Assembly (NCBI GenBank): GCA_046563655.1 | Contig: CM102284.1 | Location: 9,052,001-9,116,000 of the forward strand | Reading direction: 5' to 3' | Source of the DNA: Yuukianura sp. NJ FZ-2021 | Lineage: Eukaryota | DNA length: 64,000 nt | Shown: positions 14,542 to 27,080 of the stretch, one piece after another | Position numbering within the stretch: position 1 is the stretch's first letter | Layout: every line of letters begins with the position of its first letter | Translations under genes and position numbers: made by a program | Notes under the pieces: generated by a model | Seen by the model: only the letters and a program-made list of their open reading frames with translations | The model's database searches: none | Told to the model about the DNA's origin: nothing

Positions 14542-16073
14542 TTAGCAGTTGGATTTAAAGGCATTGTTTTGGCTGAAAACGATAAAATAAAGTTGTGTGA
14601 TGTCACTAAAGTTTAAACAATTGATCTTGAACATTCAATTACCAATTGAGGCGTCTGAGTTGAGCCAGAACAGAACTTGTATTCGGCGTAGTGTTGCTGG
14701 AGGCGGTTGAACCACGAGCTGAAATCGGTCCGAAATGAGATGCCGACGATCCAGGAGTTGAAATGTCGCTGGCCCGAGACCCAGCTCCGCTGCTACAACT
14801 ACCAACGGAGGATCGCTGGAAAACGCTGAGAAAACGGAACGAAAACGTCAGCATAGAAGAAACCAAATCAATCAATTAAATGTGCTGGACAAAATGAGTT
14901 TCGGTGTACCGATTTGTCAAATTGAAGGGAAGCCCGTTATTTGCTGGCAGTTGACGACGATGACTGTTCTGCATGTCCGTGAGTGTTGGAGTGTGTTGGC
15001 GTGTTAAACGTGGTGGTGGCCCATACGGTTTCGCTGCAAGTTGGGACGCACGACGACTGCTTGAGCTAACGAGAGATCCAAAAGCAGACGACTGGGATGG
15101 TTGGGCCATTGCACGACTAGTACTGGCTGAAGGTCCGAAAAACGGCGAGGGTAACGGTTGGGGTTCAGGCTGTCTAGGCTGTGGTGGAACGAAGACGACT
15201 GGTTCAACGAGAGGCGCATCGCTGAAAAATCCACCGCTGGTGATAGTACCCTGACTTGAACCAGACAAAACCCCATTTCCGATCCACGTCTGGTCACGTC
15301 TATAAAAACAAAAAGTCTTTAGGTAAGTAGTTCAAATTTTTCAGCATGATTGAAATCGCAAGTTTAAAATGCGAACTTACTGTTCGAATAAATCCAACTT
15401 CTGTTTCAACGCTGCATTCTCCCTGCAAGCAACAAATTCTAGATAAACCGAAGGTCAACAGCGGTAAGCTATGTAAGTGAATTCGAAGAAAGCTGCTAAT
15501 TTTAAGAAATAAGCTTACCGTTGCACTGAATCGAGCTTAGTTTTCAAGGCAGCGTCTTCACTAACGAGAGAATCCAACTGACCTTGAAGCGATTTGCATT
15601 GTCCAATCTGCGAAGAGCTATGTAGTTAGTACCTAAGTTTTTAAAATCACGTGTTACCTACCACTTACAATATTGTTCATTTGATTCTTGTAACGTTTGG
15701 CCTGCGTATTCTGAAAGTTGCTCAGTTTGACCACTCGAGCGACAGCTTCTCGTAAAACATCCAAAGGGTCCGAAAAGTAGACTTTGATTTCCGGCTTGAG
15801 CTCTGCAGGATTAGTAATTTCAACATAACGGCAGTTCATCTGACAGGTCAAACAGGTAGAGCCTCCTAAAAATTAACAAAACTTACATCAGATACTAACA
15901 TAGTGAGTTCGATACTTGCACTTAGGCGAGATTCGTTTTCGTACCGTAAACTTACCCATCTGACTACATGTTTTACAAAGTACGTGTCCACAAGAGGTCA
16001 TAAAGTATGACCGATCTTCTCCAAAATCCGGCAAATGTCCGCAGGAGTTGCAGCAGTACAGTATACTGCTCAT
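14542..16073 (-). CDS. RNF212/Zip3-family (Vilya/Narya/Nenya/ZHP-like) RING-finger meiotic E3 ligase
   Basis: N-terminal RING CCNSC...MTSCGHVLCKTC...CLTC, then PEIKVYFSDP and FQNTQ, coiled-coil exons and a Ser/Pro-rich disordered tail; spliced frame ends CQNNAFKSNC*. Confidence 0.78.
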
Positions 16074-16568
16074 CCTGTCAAGTAAGTCGTATTCGTGTCG
16101 TCGATTTCAGTAACACTGCGTCAAACAAACGTGGATTAATCGTTAATCGATTACTCAAAACGTCGACAGTACGAAAACGAAACGTTCTCGACAAGAAAAC
16201 AAAGAAAAAAGGTGAGAATAAGGTACCTGCTGAGAATGGCGGCGCGGCGGCAACAGGAAAGCAAAAAATCTGAATTCTCCTGCCGTAAAAACATACGGTG
16301 TGAACCAAATGTACTTATGTTTTCCCGCTACTTTTTTTAAATATTTGAGAGCATGAGCAACTTTTCAAATGAAATTACACGTGTTATAGTTCAGTTTTCG
16401 CATGGTTCATGCAACCAACCGGCGTCTCCTTCATTTGAATTTTCTCCCTCCTTCATCCCTCCTGCCGCATTCGTCTCTTCTTCGTCGTCGCTTTTGTTCC
16501 TGTCTTCAGCTGTATCCTCTCCCGCAAGTAAAGTGTCCGTTACTTTAATTCAAGTTTAATTAACGTTC

Positions 16569-16870
16569 ATCGACTAACCATTGTTGTTAGTAGTTGTTAG
16601 TCATAATCTCCTGACCATACAAAGTGTCAACTACAGGTAACAACAACTAACAACTAAAGGAACCAAAAGTCATAATGTCTAACGGTCAATGTTTGTTGCT
16701 TTGTTTTAGTTGGGAATATCGACTAACCATTGTTGTTAGTTAGTAGTTGTTAGTCATAATCTCCTGACCATACAAAATGCCAACTACAGGTAACAACAAC
16801 TAACAACTAAAGCAACCAAAAGTCATAAGGTCTAACGGTCAATGTTTGTTGCTTTGTTTTAGTTGGGAAT
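16569..16870. repeat. Tandem duplication, two copies of about 149 bp
   Basis: ATCGACTAACCATTGTTG...TTAGTTGGGAAT at 16569-16717 and 16718-16870; second copy has a 4-bp TTAG insertion and a few substitutions. Confidence 0.92.
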
Positions 16871-17753
16871 GGGGTTTTCTAAAAATGGACACCCACATCA
16901 TCACCTTCCGCATCGGCATCACCTCTTCCAAATCTTTTCATCCTGCATCTCAATTCTCCATTTCAGTCGTCGTTTCTCTTGTGCAAACTTTGGCAACGAC
17001 TCATTCCCACCTCTCCATTTCTACTTTCAATCGTTTCTCAACTACTTGGGACTTGGGAGGTAGGACGTTCAGCACTTTTCACATTCCACTTTCCACATTT
17101 TGATAACAAGGTAAGGAACACTCTTTTTCATTACTCCTGGTTGGCATTTAGTCATTTGTTTGGGCTTCAATTGGTCATAGTGAGAGAGAACCGTTGAGGT
17201 CAAACGTAGTTCAAAGGTCAGGTCACTTGGACAAACGTAATTTGGAAGGGAGGGACTTTACCGGGATTCAGTCCTTACATGAGGTGCTAAAAATGGAATT
17301 GAGATGCTAGGACGATAAATGGCCCAATACTTGCCATCTTTGTAATCTATCAGTGTTTATATTCCATCTTCATTTCTTAGCCTCAATTCAGTTCCAGTGC
17401 TGGGTGACACTGGCTTCATTTACCTAACTTACGCTTCAAAGATCTTTAGCTAACAGATTCTTCTCAAAACAACCCACGCATTCCACAGCATCTCAATTCC
17501 AAAGTTATTTTATGATTCTGATCCCACGTTATTTTTGTTTTGGTTTTAGATAAGTGGCAAGATGCTAAGACTTCTATTTTTGCCTAAGTATTTTAAAGTT
17601 CAACTGAAGTTATGTGCTTTTGTTTTTGTTTAGAAGGAGTAGTGTGGCTATGGGGGACTCTGCCTCACTATTTTTAGCTCAGCCGTAGGGACTAGTCGGG
17701 AGTAGTATTTGGGAGGGGAAATACCTTAAAAATGACCAAATATCAGAAACGGT

Positions 17754-18198
17754 TTGCTTTTTGAATTTTTAGGAGGATTTAAAAAGTTCTTTTAAAGACA
17801 ACTTTTCTCTAGAAAAACTTTTTTTTTTAAAAAAATTTTAAACTACTTCTCAAACGTTGCTTTTTGAATTTTTAGTGGGGGATTTAAAAAGTTCTTTTAA
17901 AGACAACTTTTCTCTAGAAAAACTTTTTTTTTTAAAAAATTTTTAAACTACTTCTCAAACGTTGCTTTTTGAATTTTTAGTGGGGGATTTTAAAAGTTCT
18001 TTGAAAAACAACTTTTCTTTAGAAAAACTTTTTTTTTAAAGTTTAAATTACTTCTCAAACGTTGCTTTTTGAATTTTTAGTGGGGGATTTAAAAAGTTCT
18101 TTTAAGAACAACTTTTCTCTAGGAAAACTTGTTTTTAAATTTTAAATTACTTCTCAAACGTTGCTTTTTGTATTTTTAGAGGGGGATTTTAAAAGTTC
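17754..18198. repeat. Tandem repeat A, unit about 100-105 bp, about 4.4 copies
   Basis: TTGCTTTTTGAATTTTTAG...CTTCTCAAACG recurs at about 17754, 17857, 17962, 18062 and 18161. Confidence 0.9.
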
Positions 18199-18289
18199 TA
18201 TCCTTTCAAATATTTAATCCTTATTTCGAGGCTTGTTCGAATCTTTCGCAATTTTTTATTTTTTCAAATATTTAATCCTTACTTTTAAG

Positions 18290-19736
18290 CTTCAATCCTT
18301 CGCAACTTTCTATCCTTTTAACCATTAAATTGTTAGTTCTAAGCTTCGAATCCTTCGCCACTTTCTATCTTTTTAACCATTAAATTGTTAGTTCTAAGCT
18401 TTGAATCCTTCGCAACATTCTATCTTTTTAACCACTAAATTCGTAGTTCTAAGCTTCGAATCCTTCGCCACTTTCTATCTTTTTAACCACTAAATTGTTA
18501 GTTCTAAGCTTTGAATCCTTCGCAACATTCTATCTTTTTAACCACTAAATTCGTAGTTCTAAGCTTCGAATCCTTCGCCACTTTCTATCGCTTTAACCAT
18601 TAAATTCTTAGTTCTAAGCTTCGAATCCTTCGCCACTTTCTATCTCTTTAACCATTAAATTCGTAGGTCTAAGCTTTGAATCCTTCGCCACTTTCTATCT
18701 TTTTAACCATTAAATTCTTAGTTCTAAGCTTCGAATCCTTCGCCACTTTCTATCTTTTTAACCACTAAATTGTTAGTTCTAAGCTTTGAATCCTTCGCAA
18801 CATTCTATCTTTTTAACCACTAAATTCGTAGTTCTAAGCTTCGAATCCTTCGCCACTTTCTATCGCTTTAACCATTAAATTCTTGGTTAGTTCTAAGCTT
18901 CGAATCCTTCGCCACTTTCTATCTCTTTAACCATTAAATTCTTAGTTAGTTCTAAGCTTCGAATCCTTCGCCACTTTCTATCTTTTTAACCATTAAATTC
19001 TTAGTTCTAAGCTTCGAATCCTTCGCCACTTTCTATCTTTTTAACCATTAAATTCTTAGTTCTAAGCTTCGAATCCTTCGCCACTTTCTATCTCTTTAAC
19101 CATTAAATTCTTAGTTCTAAGCTTCGAATCCTTCGCCACTTTCTATCTTTTTAACCATTAAATTCTTAGTTCTAAGCTTCGAATCCTTCGCCACTTTCTA
19201 TCTCTTTAACCATTAAATTCGTAGTTCTAAGCTTTGAATCCTTCGCCACTTTCTATCTTTTTAACCATTAAATTCTTAGTTCTAAGCTTCGAATCCTTCG
19301 CCACTTTCTATCTTTTTAACCATTAAATTCTTAGTTCTAAGCTTCGAATCCTTCGCCACTTTCTATCTCTTTAACCATTAAATTCGTAGTTCTAAGCTTT
19401 GAATCCTTCGCCACTTTCTATCTTTTTAACCATTAAATTCTTAGTTCTAAGCTTCGAATCCTTCGCCACTTTCTATCTTTTTAACCATTAAATTCTTAGT
19501 TCTAAGCTTCGAATCCTACGCCACTTTCTATCTCTTTAACCATTAAATTCGTAGTTCTAAGCTTTGAATCGTTCGCCACTTTCTATCTTTTTATCCACTA
19601 AATTCTTGGTTCTGAGCTTCGAATCCTTCGCAACGTTCTTCCTTTTTAACCATTAAATTCTTAGTTCTACGCTTCGACACTTTCGCAACTTTCTGTCTTT
19701 TTAACCATTAGATTTTTAGTTCTAAGCTTCGAGTCC
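18290..19736. repeat. Tandem repeat B, 55-bp minisatellite, about 26 copies
   Basis: Unit TTCTAAGCTTCGAATCCTTCGCCACTTTCTATCTTTTTAACCATTAAATTCTTAG; period 55 (e.g. 18961 and 19016). Confidence 0.95.
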
Positions 19737-19737
19737 T

Positions 19738-20298
19738 TAAAGGTATAAATTTACATTCAGAGAGAAATTTTTTAAAAAATTTATTATTCTTTGTTAAGGT
19801 GTCAATTCACTTTCAGAGAGAAATTTTTTAAAAAATTTATTATTCTTTGTTAAGGTGTCAATTCACTTTCAGAGAGAAATTTTTTAAAGAATTTATTATT
19901 CTTTGTTAAGGTGTCAATTCACTTTCAGAGACAAATTTTTTAAAGAATTTATTATTCTCTGTTAAGGTGTAAATTCACATTCGGAGAGAAGTTTTTAAAA
20001 AAATTTATTATTCTTTGTTAAGGTGTCAATTCACTTTCAGAGACAAATTTTTTAAAGAATTTATTATTCTCTGTTAAGGTGTAAATTCACATTCGGAGAG
20101 AAGTTTTTAAAAAAATTTATTATTCTTTGTTAAGGTGTCAATTCACTTTCAGAGAGAAATTTTTTAAAGAATTTATTATTCTTTGTTAAGGTGTAAATTC
20201 ACATTCGGAGACAAATTTTTTAAAGAATTTATTATTCTCTGTTAAGGTGTAAATTCACATTCGGAGACAAATTTTTTAAAGAATTTATTATTCTCTGT
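19738..20298. repeat. Tandem repeat C, 56-bp unit, about 10 copies
   Basis: Unit GTCAATTCACTTTCAGAGAGAAATTTTTTAAAGAATTTATTATTCTTTGTTAAGGT; period 56 (19801, 19857, 19913). Confidence 0.95.
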
Positions 20299-21308
20299 GA
20301 AGAGAATCCGAACATTGACTTTCGAACGTTAATTACGGAATATTAGGGGTGGTAATACAAGGATTTGGCACTACCTAATATTGCGCACTCAACGTTCAAT
20401 AAATGTTCGAGCTTTCTATGGAATAATAAATTCTAATAATTGTTTTTTGGGTCGACATATTTGCCATCGATATTTTTGTCGTGGATATTTTAGTGGCTTT
20501 TTTCGTTTCGGATATTTGGTCATTTTGAAGTTTGCCCCCCTCCCCAATACTGCGCCCGACTAGTACCTACGGCTGAGCTAAAAATAGTGAGGCTGAGTTC
20601 CTGCCACCCACACTACTGAAGGTGCTGCGAAGAGTATTGGGAAGAGGTGCAGTTGCGGAAGGGAAGATGCGATGAGCTAGCCTGACAGTGAAGCAGTGGC
20701 CAACTTCCGGAAGGAAGTTGAAGGTTAGGAGTGACTACAATTGAAGGTTGTTCGGTGAGTTCTTGTTTTTACTTTTCGTAGAATAAGCTAATGACAGTTA
20801 ATTAATGGATTAACTTAGACAGGTGATGTGTTGAAGTGTTGTTTTATGGAAACAGGGAGTGGATAGAGTCGCAGTACGTTCCTACGAAGCAGGCGAATCC
20901 GACGTTCCCTATCTTGGTTCGCGAGTGCTCCAATGTTCAGCCCAAAGTTTATGCGAGATACGGTAAGGGAAGTAATTAGATCAAGTAATTGATAGCTCTG
21001 AAAGGTTATCAGTACAAAGAGTAGTGTTGAGAATGAGATGCAAGAGTACAGCATGAATCATGCTGTACAATTTGATTTGGCATTTCTGCCCGCCATCTAT
21101 TGGTGCAATAAGAGAGGCAAAATTCAAAATTAACTTTTTCCCTCCCTTTGAGGATGACAACAGCCGATCAGCTGATGCTAAGCAAAAATTTATCAGGGAA
21201 AGCTCTCTCTTCGTGTTTTTTTCCGGAGCAGTTTGATACTTCATAGTTGTGCTACTAATTAATTGTTAATCGATTAATTAATGGTTTAGTTTTACAGATT
21301 TAACAATA

Positions 21309-22229
<921 letters not shown>

Positions 22230-25200
22230 GAGGTCAAGTCGTTTTTGACCTGGACTCAACTGACAGGTTCCCTTCCTTTCCCTTATGTTTGATTACCTTC
22301 TGAACCAAAATCCTTGATCACGTAAGCCTATTTTTCCTATAACTCATTCTCCAAATCCTCTAATTATTTAGACATAACACAACTTAATTTATATATTAGA
22401 GCAATTGAACTTTTGACTTTGTTATCTAGGTAGTTTAGAAAATAAAAACCGAATCGCTGCGCGAGTGGCTCCTTCCTTCCTCCTTGTCTCGATTGACATT
22501 ACATAGTTGTACGACCTTCTTCCAATCAAATCCTGCCTTCCTTCCAGAATTTCAGCATTGACCTTTAGGCTAAGTCACCTTCACGGTCAAATTACCCGAA
22601 CTTGTAGGTGTGAAAAGTCCCGGTGGATTTCACACGTTTCTAAAAAGTGCTTGCGTGGGCGGCGGCAGCAGCATGGCAGAGAGTAGAGCGTTCTCATTAT
22701 GCTGCTCAATTTAAGAAGTTAAACTCCGCTTAAAAAAAGTTCAAGCATCTTCGACTTGAATTGATCTCTTTGTAGTTTTTTTGTTGGTTCATTCTTCAAC
22801 TGCAGTCGTACTCGTAATAAGTCAATAACGTCCATTCCCTCTTTAAATTGCTTTTTTTATTTTAAATTTACAATTCTTTTTTTTTTTAGAAAACCCATTT
22901 GGATAAAGAAAGACCAGCGGCAGAGGGAAGTGGAGCGGTGGATTGGAGAAACCAATTGTAATCTTTTTGCAGAACACAGAAAGTTGAAAGTGTATCTTCG
23001 GTAAGGAAGGACCCCGTCCCTGGTATACTTCAAAGTAGAGGAGGGCAAGTAAGAGAAGATATAAATGATGCTGTTTTGAAAGACATAGGAACTGAAGTGG
23101 TGGCTCCTGTACTCACCCACCAAACCAGCCACCAACATAACATGAGAAGAGACGAGGAAGAAGTTAGCAGAGTGAGGATCCGATAAGTAAAAGAACGTCC
23201 TTTCACCACCCTCTTCCTACAACAAATCAATTGTTTTCCACTTTCTACCGATCTCAAAACAGTTGGATCAATTCTTACTAAAACACAACCAATTGTCACT
23301 TGTGTTCGGTCCACTCAAAAGCAAAGTTAAGGTACGTACTGTTCCATATGACAACAAATTCCATAAGTTCCACCAAATACCAAAGGGAGTTTCCTTTTAC
23401 TTGTAGTTTCATCAAAAAGTGTCGTCGTCTGGAAGAAATGAACAGAAGAGGGAGTGAATCTTGTGGATTTAGATGTCGACATTCCTTCGATTGCACAGAC
23501 CGGCAATCATCTGATTCAAAACTGCAACCTGTGACACTGGCACGACCTGTAACTGCATAAACGACAACACGTTCATCTGATGTCTGGAGTGCTTCACTTG
23601 TCAGATGTGATTTCTGGACGGATCACTGTGTAACCAAGGTAAGTTACTATCAAAATTCATACTAAAGTATGTTAAAGACATGTTTGTTGTGTTTACAATG
23701 TGTTGGTCCACCGATTGTGCTAAACTAGGTTCATAGTCATCGCATTAGTATGGCGGAATGGTTACTGTCAAACAGGTTTCATGTGGTGGATTTAGACTTG
23801 TTTTTGTAGCCTTGAGAAGTGAGAAAGCTTCATCAATAATTTCTAAATCCACTTCAGTACTAAATGAAGAATTAGGTCACCAATACTTGACATTGCCCAG
23901 AGAGAAAGAGTTTTAGTTAGTAACCCCAATGTTACTAACGTTGTCTGAAACTTCTTAGGCACATTACAAATTCTGCTGAGGTATGAAGCGTACAGGTCAC
24001 AGCAGGGTTGCATTTCCAATGGTGGTAACAGCATTTTAGTTTGTTAAAAAATTATCAAGTTGGTCACTTTCTGTGTCTATCATGCGTCTTAACTCTTAGC
24101 TCGTCATTCAGGGACTATCTTCGGGTTTTCATAATAAGTCAAGTGATGAAGGATGAAACGAATTAATAATTCATGAGTAAGGGTGTGATTGTTAGTAAAA
24201 ATGAGAATTTTCAGTTGTAGCCAATGCCCTATGATTAGTTAAAAGTGTATGTAATCAGCAAATCAAAATTACTAAGTAATTTTGATGGAATTACAAGATT
24301 TGGATTTAGGATTTTGTTTAAATTAATCTAGAGATGTGCATTAGGTAATCGGTAAGATTTTAAAAGTGGAATCTGAAGTGATACATTTACTCCCACCATT
24401 AACTGATTTAACATGTCGACTAAACTTGTTTCAGGAAGACATATCAATCAGGTTAGGTTTTAAGCACTAAGTCATTAATTCTTTGGTTTATAGCTGCATT
24501 TAAAGCGAAACCGCAAATTAATTCTTCTGCACAACTTTCTTAATGCGTCAATTAACTTTTAGACAGCCCACTTCCTGGACGAGTTAACTTTTTTATGTAC
24601 AGACTGCATTTTTATGATTGTTGGTCCAATTAATCTGTTAAGAATAAGTAATAATTGTGTTAATTGATTAATAATTAATAGGGAGGTTGCGGTGTTTTGT
24701 GGTTTTTGTTGATTCTTATTAGAGTGTTTGTGGAAGGAGCCTTTGGGTTTTTAGTGAGTGACGGAAAGTCATTAGTCGGGCATTAACTTTCTCTGCTGGA
24801 TATTAATCTACTGGGAATCAAAGTAAAGTATGTCACGTCATTTCCTAATCGACATGACTTTGGTCATGTCAGATTACGTTAACATAACCTAACATGGAAC
24901 CCATGTTCTGGAGTCCTCGAAAACAAGTCTTTTGTCATGTCAATTTTAATTCTGTTTTTAGACATTTTTTTTTACTATAAAGTACTTTCTACTACATTTC
25001 ATACCGCAACTTTATAGTAAACACTGTGACAATTTTTACATTAGGTATGGCACTACCCACGTAAAAACTCAAGTCATCTTGGTCTTTTTGTAAATCTGGT
25101 GTTTTTTAAGTCATATCCGAATGTCATCTTGGGATTTACACAGTACTAGGCATGGAAGGAGGATCGAGTTAAATGAGTCGTTGCGGATATACAGGATGTT

Positions 25201-27080
25201 CCTTGAGTTTGAACAGTTTGTGAACATTAATCAACTTGCCTACTACAAGTTAAGATGAAAAACGTCGTCATAAGCATAGCATACTGCTTGGTTTTTTAGG
25301 AAGTTGCAGTGTAAGATTGGGTTCCTTATTTTCCGACTTCCGCAAAACCCATTAAGTTGAGCAAAGACTCTTCGCAGTTAAGTGCAGTCAAGTGTATAAA
25401 ATGTACTAAAATCGATTTCAGCAAAAAGTTTCATGCTGTTGGTTTAGTCTTGTGGATGGAGATTCGTTAATTTGATCAGAGTATTTGCAAAAGTGCTGAC
25501 GTTGTTGCATCAAGGGCTGTCAAAGGTCACAGTACTGATGCTGATGCTGTTTGTGTGTTGATGAGTTGTTGATTCACGCAGTTTGTAAACTAAAAATAAT
25601 ATTTAGTACTGTTATTATTGTTGTTTTTGGAGCTGGGCTTTGACTTGTCACTTTTTAGTAGGTGTCTGAACAGTTAGTTTTGAAAAATTATCATCAAAAC
25701 ATAACGTTTTTGTAAAATTATCATGAAAAACATGAAGTTGAGAGTTGATTAATTGTTAGTTCCGAGTAAATTGCCTAATTGAAGTTATAAAAGGCTGAAA
25801 ATCCTTGAGTTTGCCTTTCACTTTTCCCACGCAGTAACTTTGTTATCGTCTAGCCTTTATGTTATTTGGAGGATAGGATCAAATTAGCATTTAAATCTTA
25901 ACAAAAGGATTGAGATTCAGTTTTTTTGGTGTCCTGAATTCGATGTTTTTGTACAACAAACAGCAGAAAAGTCCAAATTAGGTAACGGTGACTTGGACGA
26001 ACGTGGCAGGCTGGGCCATGAAACTTTTTTCTGCAGGAGTAGACGAAATTGGCAACTCTCAAAAAAGTTATTCGTTGAGTTTTATTCAACTTTACTATTG
26101 TCAGTTATGGCTGAAAAGAGGCAGTGAAGGGATGTAATTGTGTTAGTGCTCTTCAAATATAAGGTTGTAGGTTTTAGCAAAAGTTTAATTAAGAGAAATT
26201 GTTCAATTATTGTTGAAAAAGTTTGTGTAAAATTCAGTCAGTCGAGTCCAGAGTTTGACTTTTCAGATTTCGTTGAACTTTGATTGTAATTTTAGTCAAA
26301 CCGGGAAACAAAGTTGTGTAAACTTTTGCACGGTTTATACCGAAAGTGTTTGTCGGGTTCACCGAGATTTGACATTTTACTACAATTCCAAAGTTTTTTT
26401 TTTTTTTGAATTTTTTTTTTGAACAAATTGGAAATTGTTTAGGAGGAGAGTCATCTTTGGTTTTTGGAAGTTTCTTTGACTCTCTTGTTGTTTTTGTGAT
26501 TGTAAGGGAAGGAGTATGAGTCAGCGTTGAACCAAGCAAGACGACAGTATTAGCAGATGAGAAACTGCTCATCATCAGCAGTTTTTCTCAGTAAAAATGT
26601 TTCTTGTCTTAGGTTTTTGAGTTTTAGTTGCAGTGTGTGATGCACTTTGTACTCTTTAATTTTAGAAAAACCGAACCCGTCAAAATCGGTTGGGAAAGAC
26701 TGGGCTAACAAGTTTTTTGGAAAGGGATTTGAAAGTTCTTAAAAAGAGAGAAATAGTCGACTAAATTCCTCTTTTGTTTTACTCTTTTCAGATTTTCAAT
26801 TTTGGATGGTGTGACTCTGTGACTTGTGCGGATCTTTTGGAATTTCAAGCCTCAAGACTTTGAAAACATTTTTTTTGAAGAGTATTTGAAAAAGTGTTGA
26901 AGAATTTGAACTTACGCGTGACTTTTGAGTGCCGATTTCTGGAAGAGAGTCACGACTTTGTCGGAAATCGGACAAATGGACCACGATTTGGAAGAAGTTT
27001 TTGAAAAATTGATTGACATGGCGGAGATCAGCAGAAGATGAATGAAGATCAACAGTTTTGAATAGCTTTTGGACACAAAG

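Larger units (their letters stand above)
17638..20617. mobile_element. Non-autonomous TIR element with Polinton/Maverick-type termini, filled with satellite arrays
   Basis: Termini AGTAGTGTGG...CCACACTACT; ungapped 114-bp TIRs (17638-17751, 20504-20617; 96/114 identical by hand count); GAAGG direct repeat on both sides (17633-17637, 20618-20622); no credible coding ORF inside. Confidence 0.85.

Noticed and set aside
18290-20298. CRISPR-like appearance of the regular 55/56-bp repeats
   Set aside because: Units are head-to-tail with no unique spacers, there are no cas genes, and the context is eukaryotic.
22857-26984. Short ORFs between TEX261 and PSD
   Set aside because: No recognisable domains; splice signals (donor about 23639, acceptor about 26791) suggest PSD 5' UTR exons and introns.
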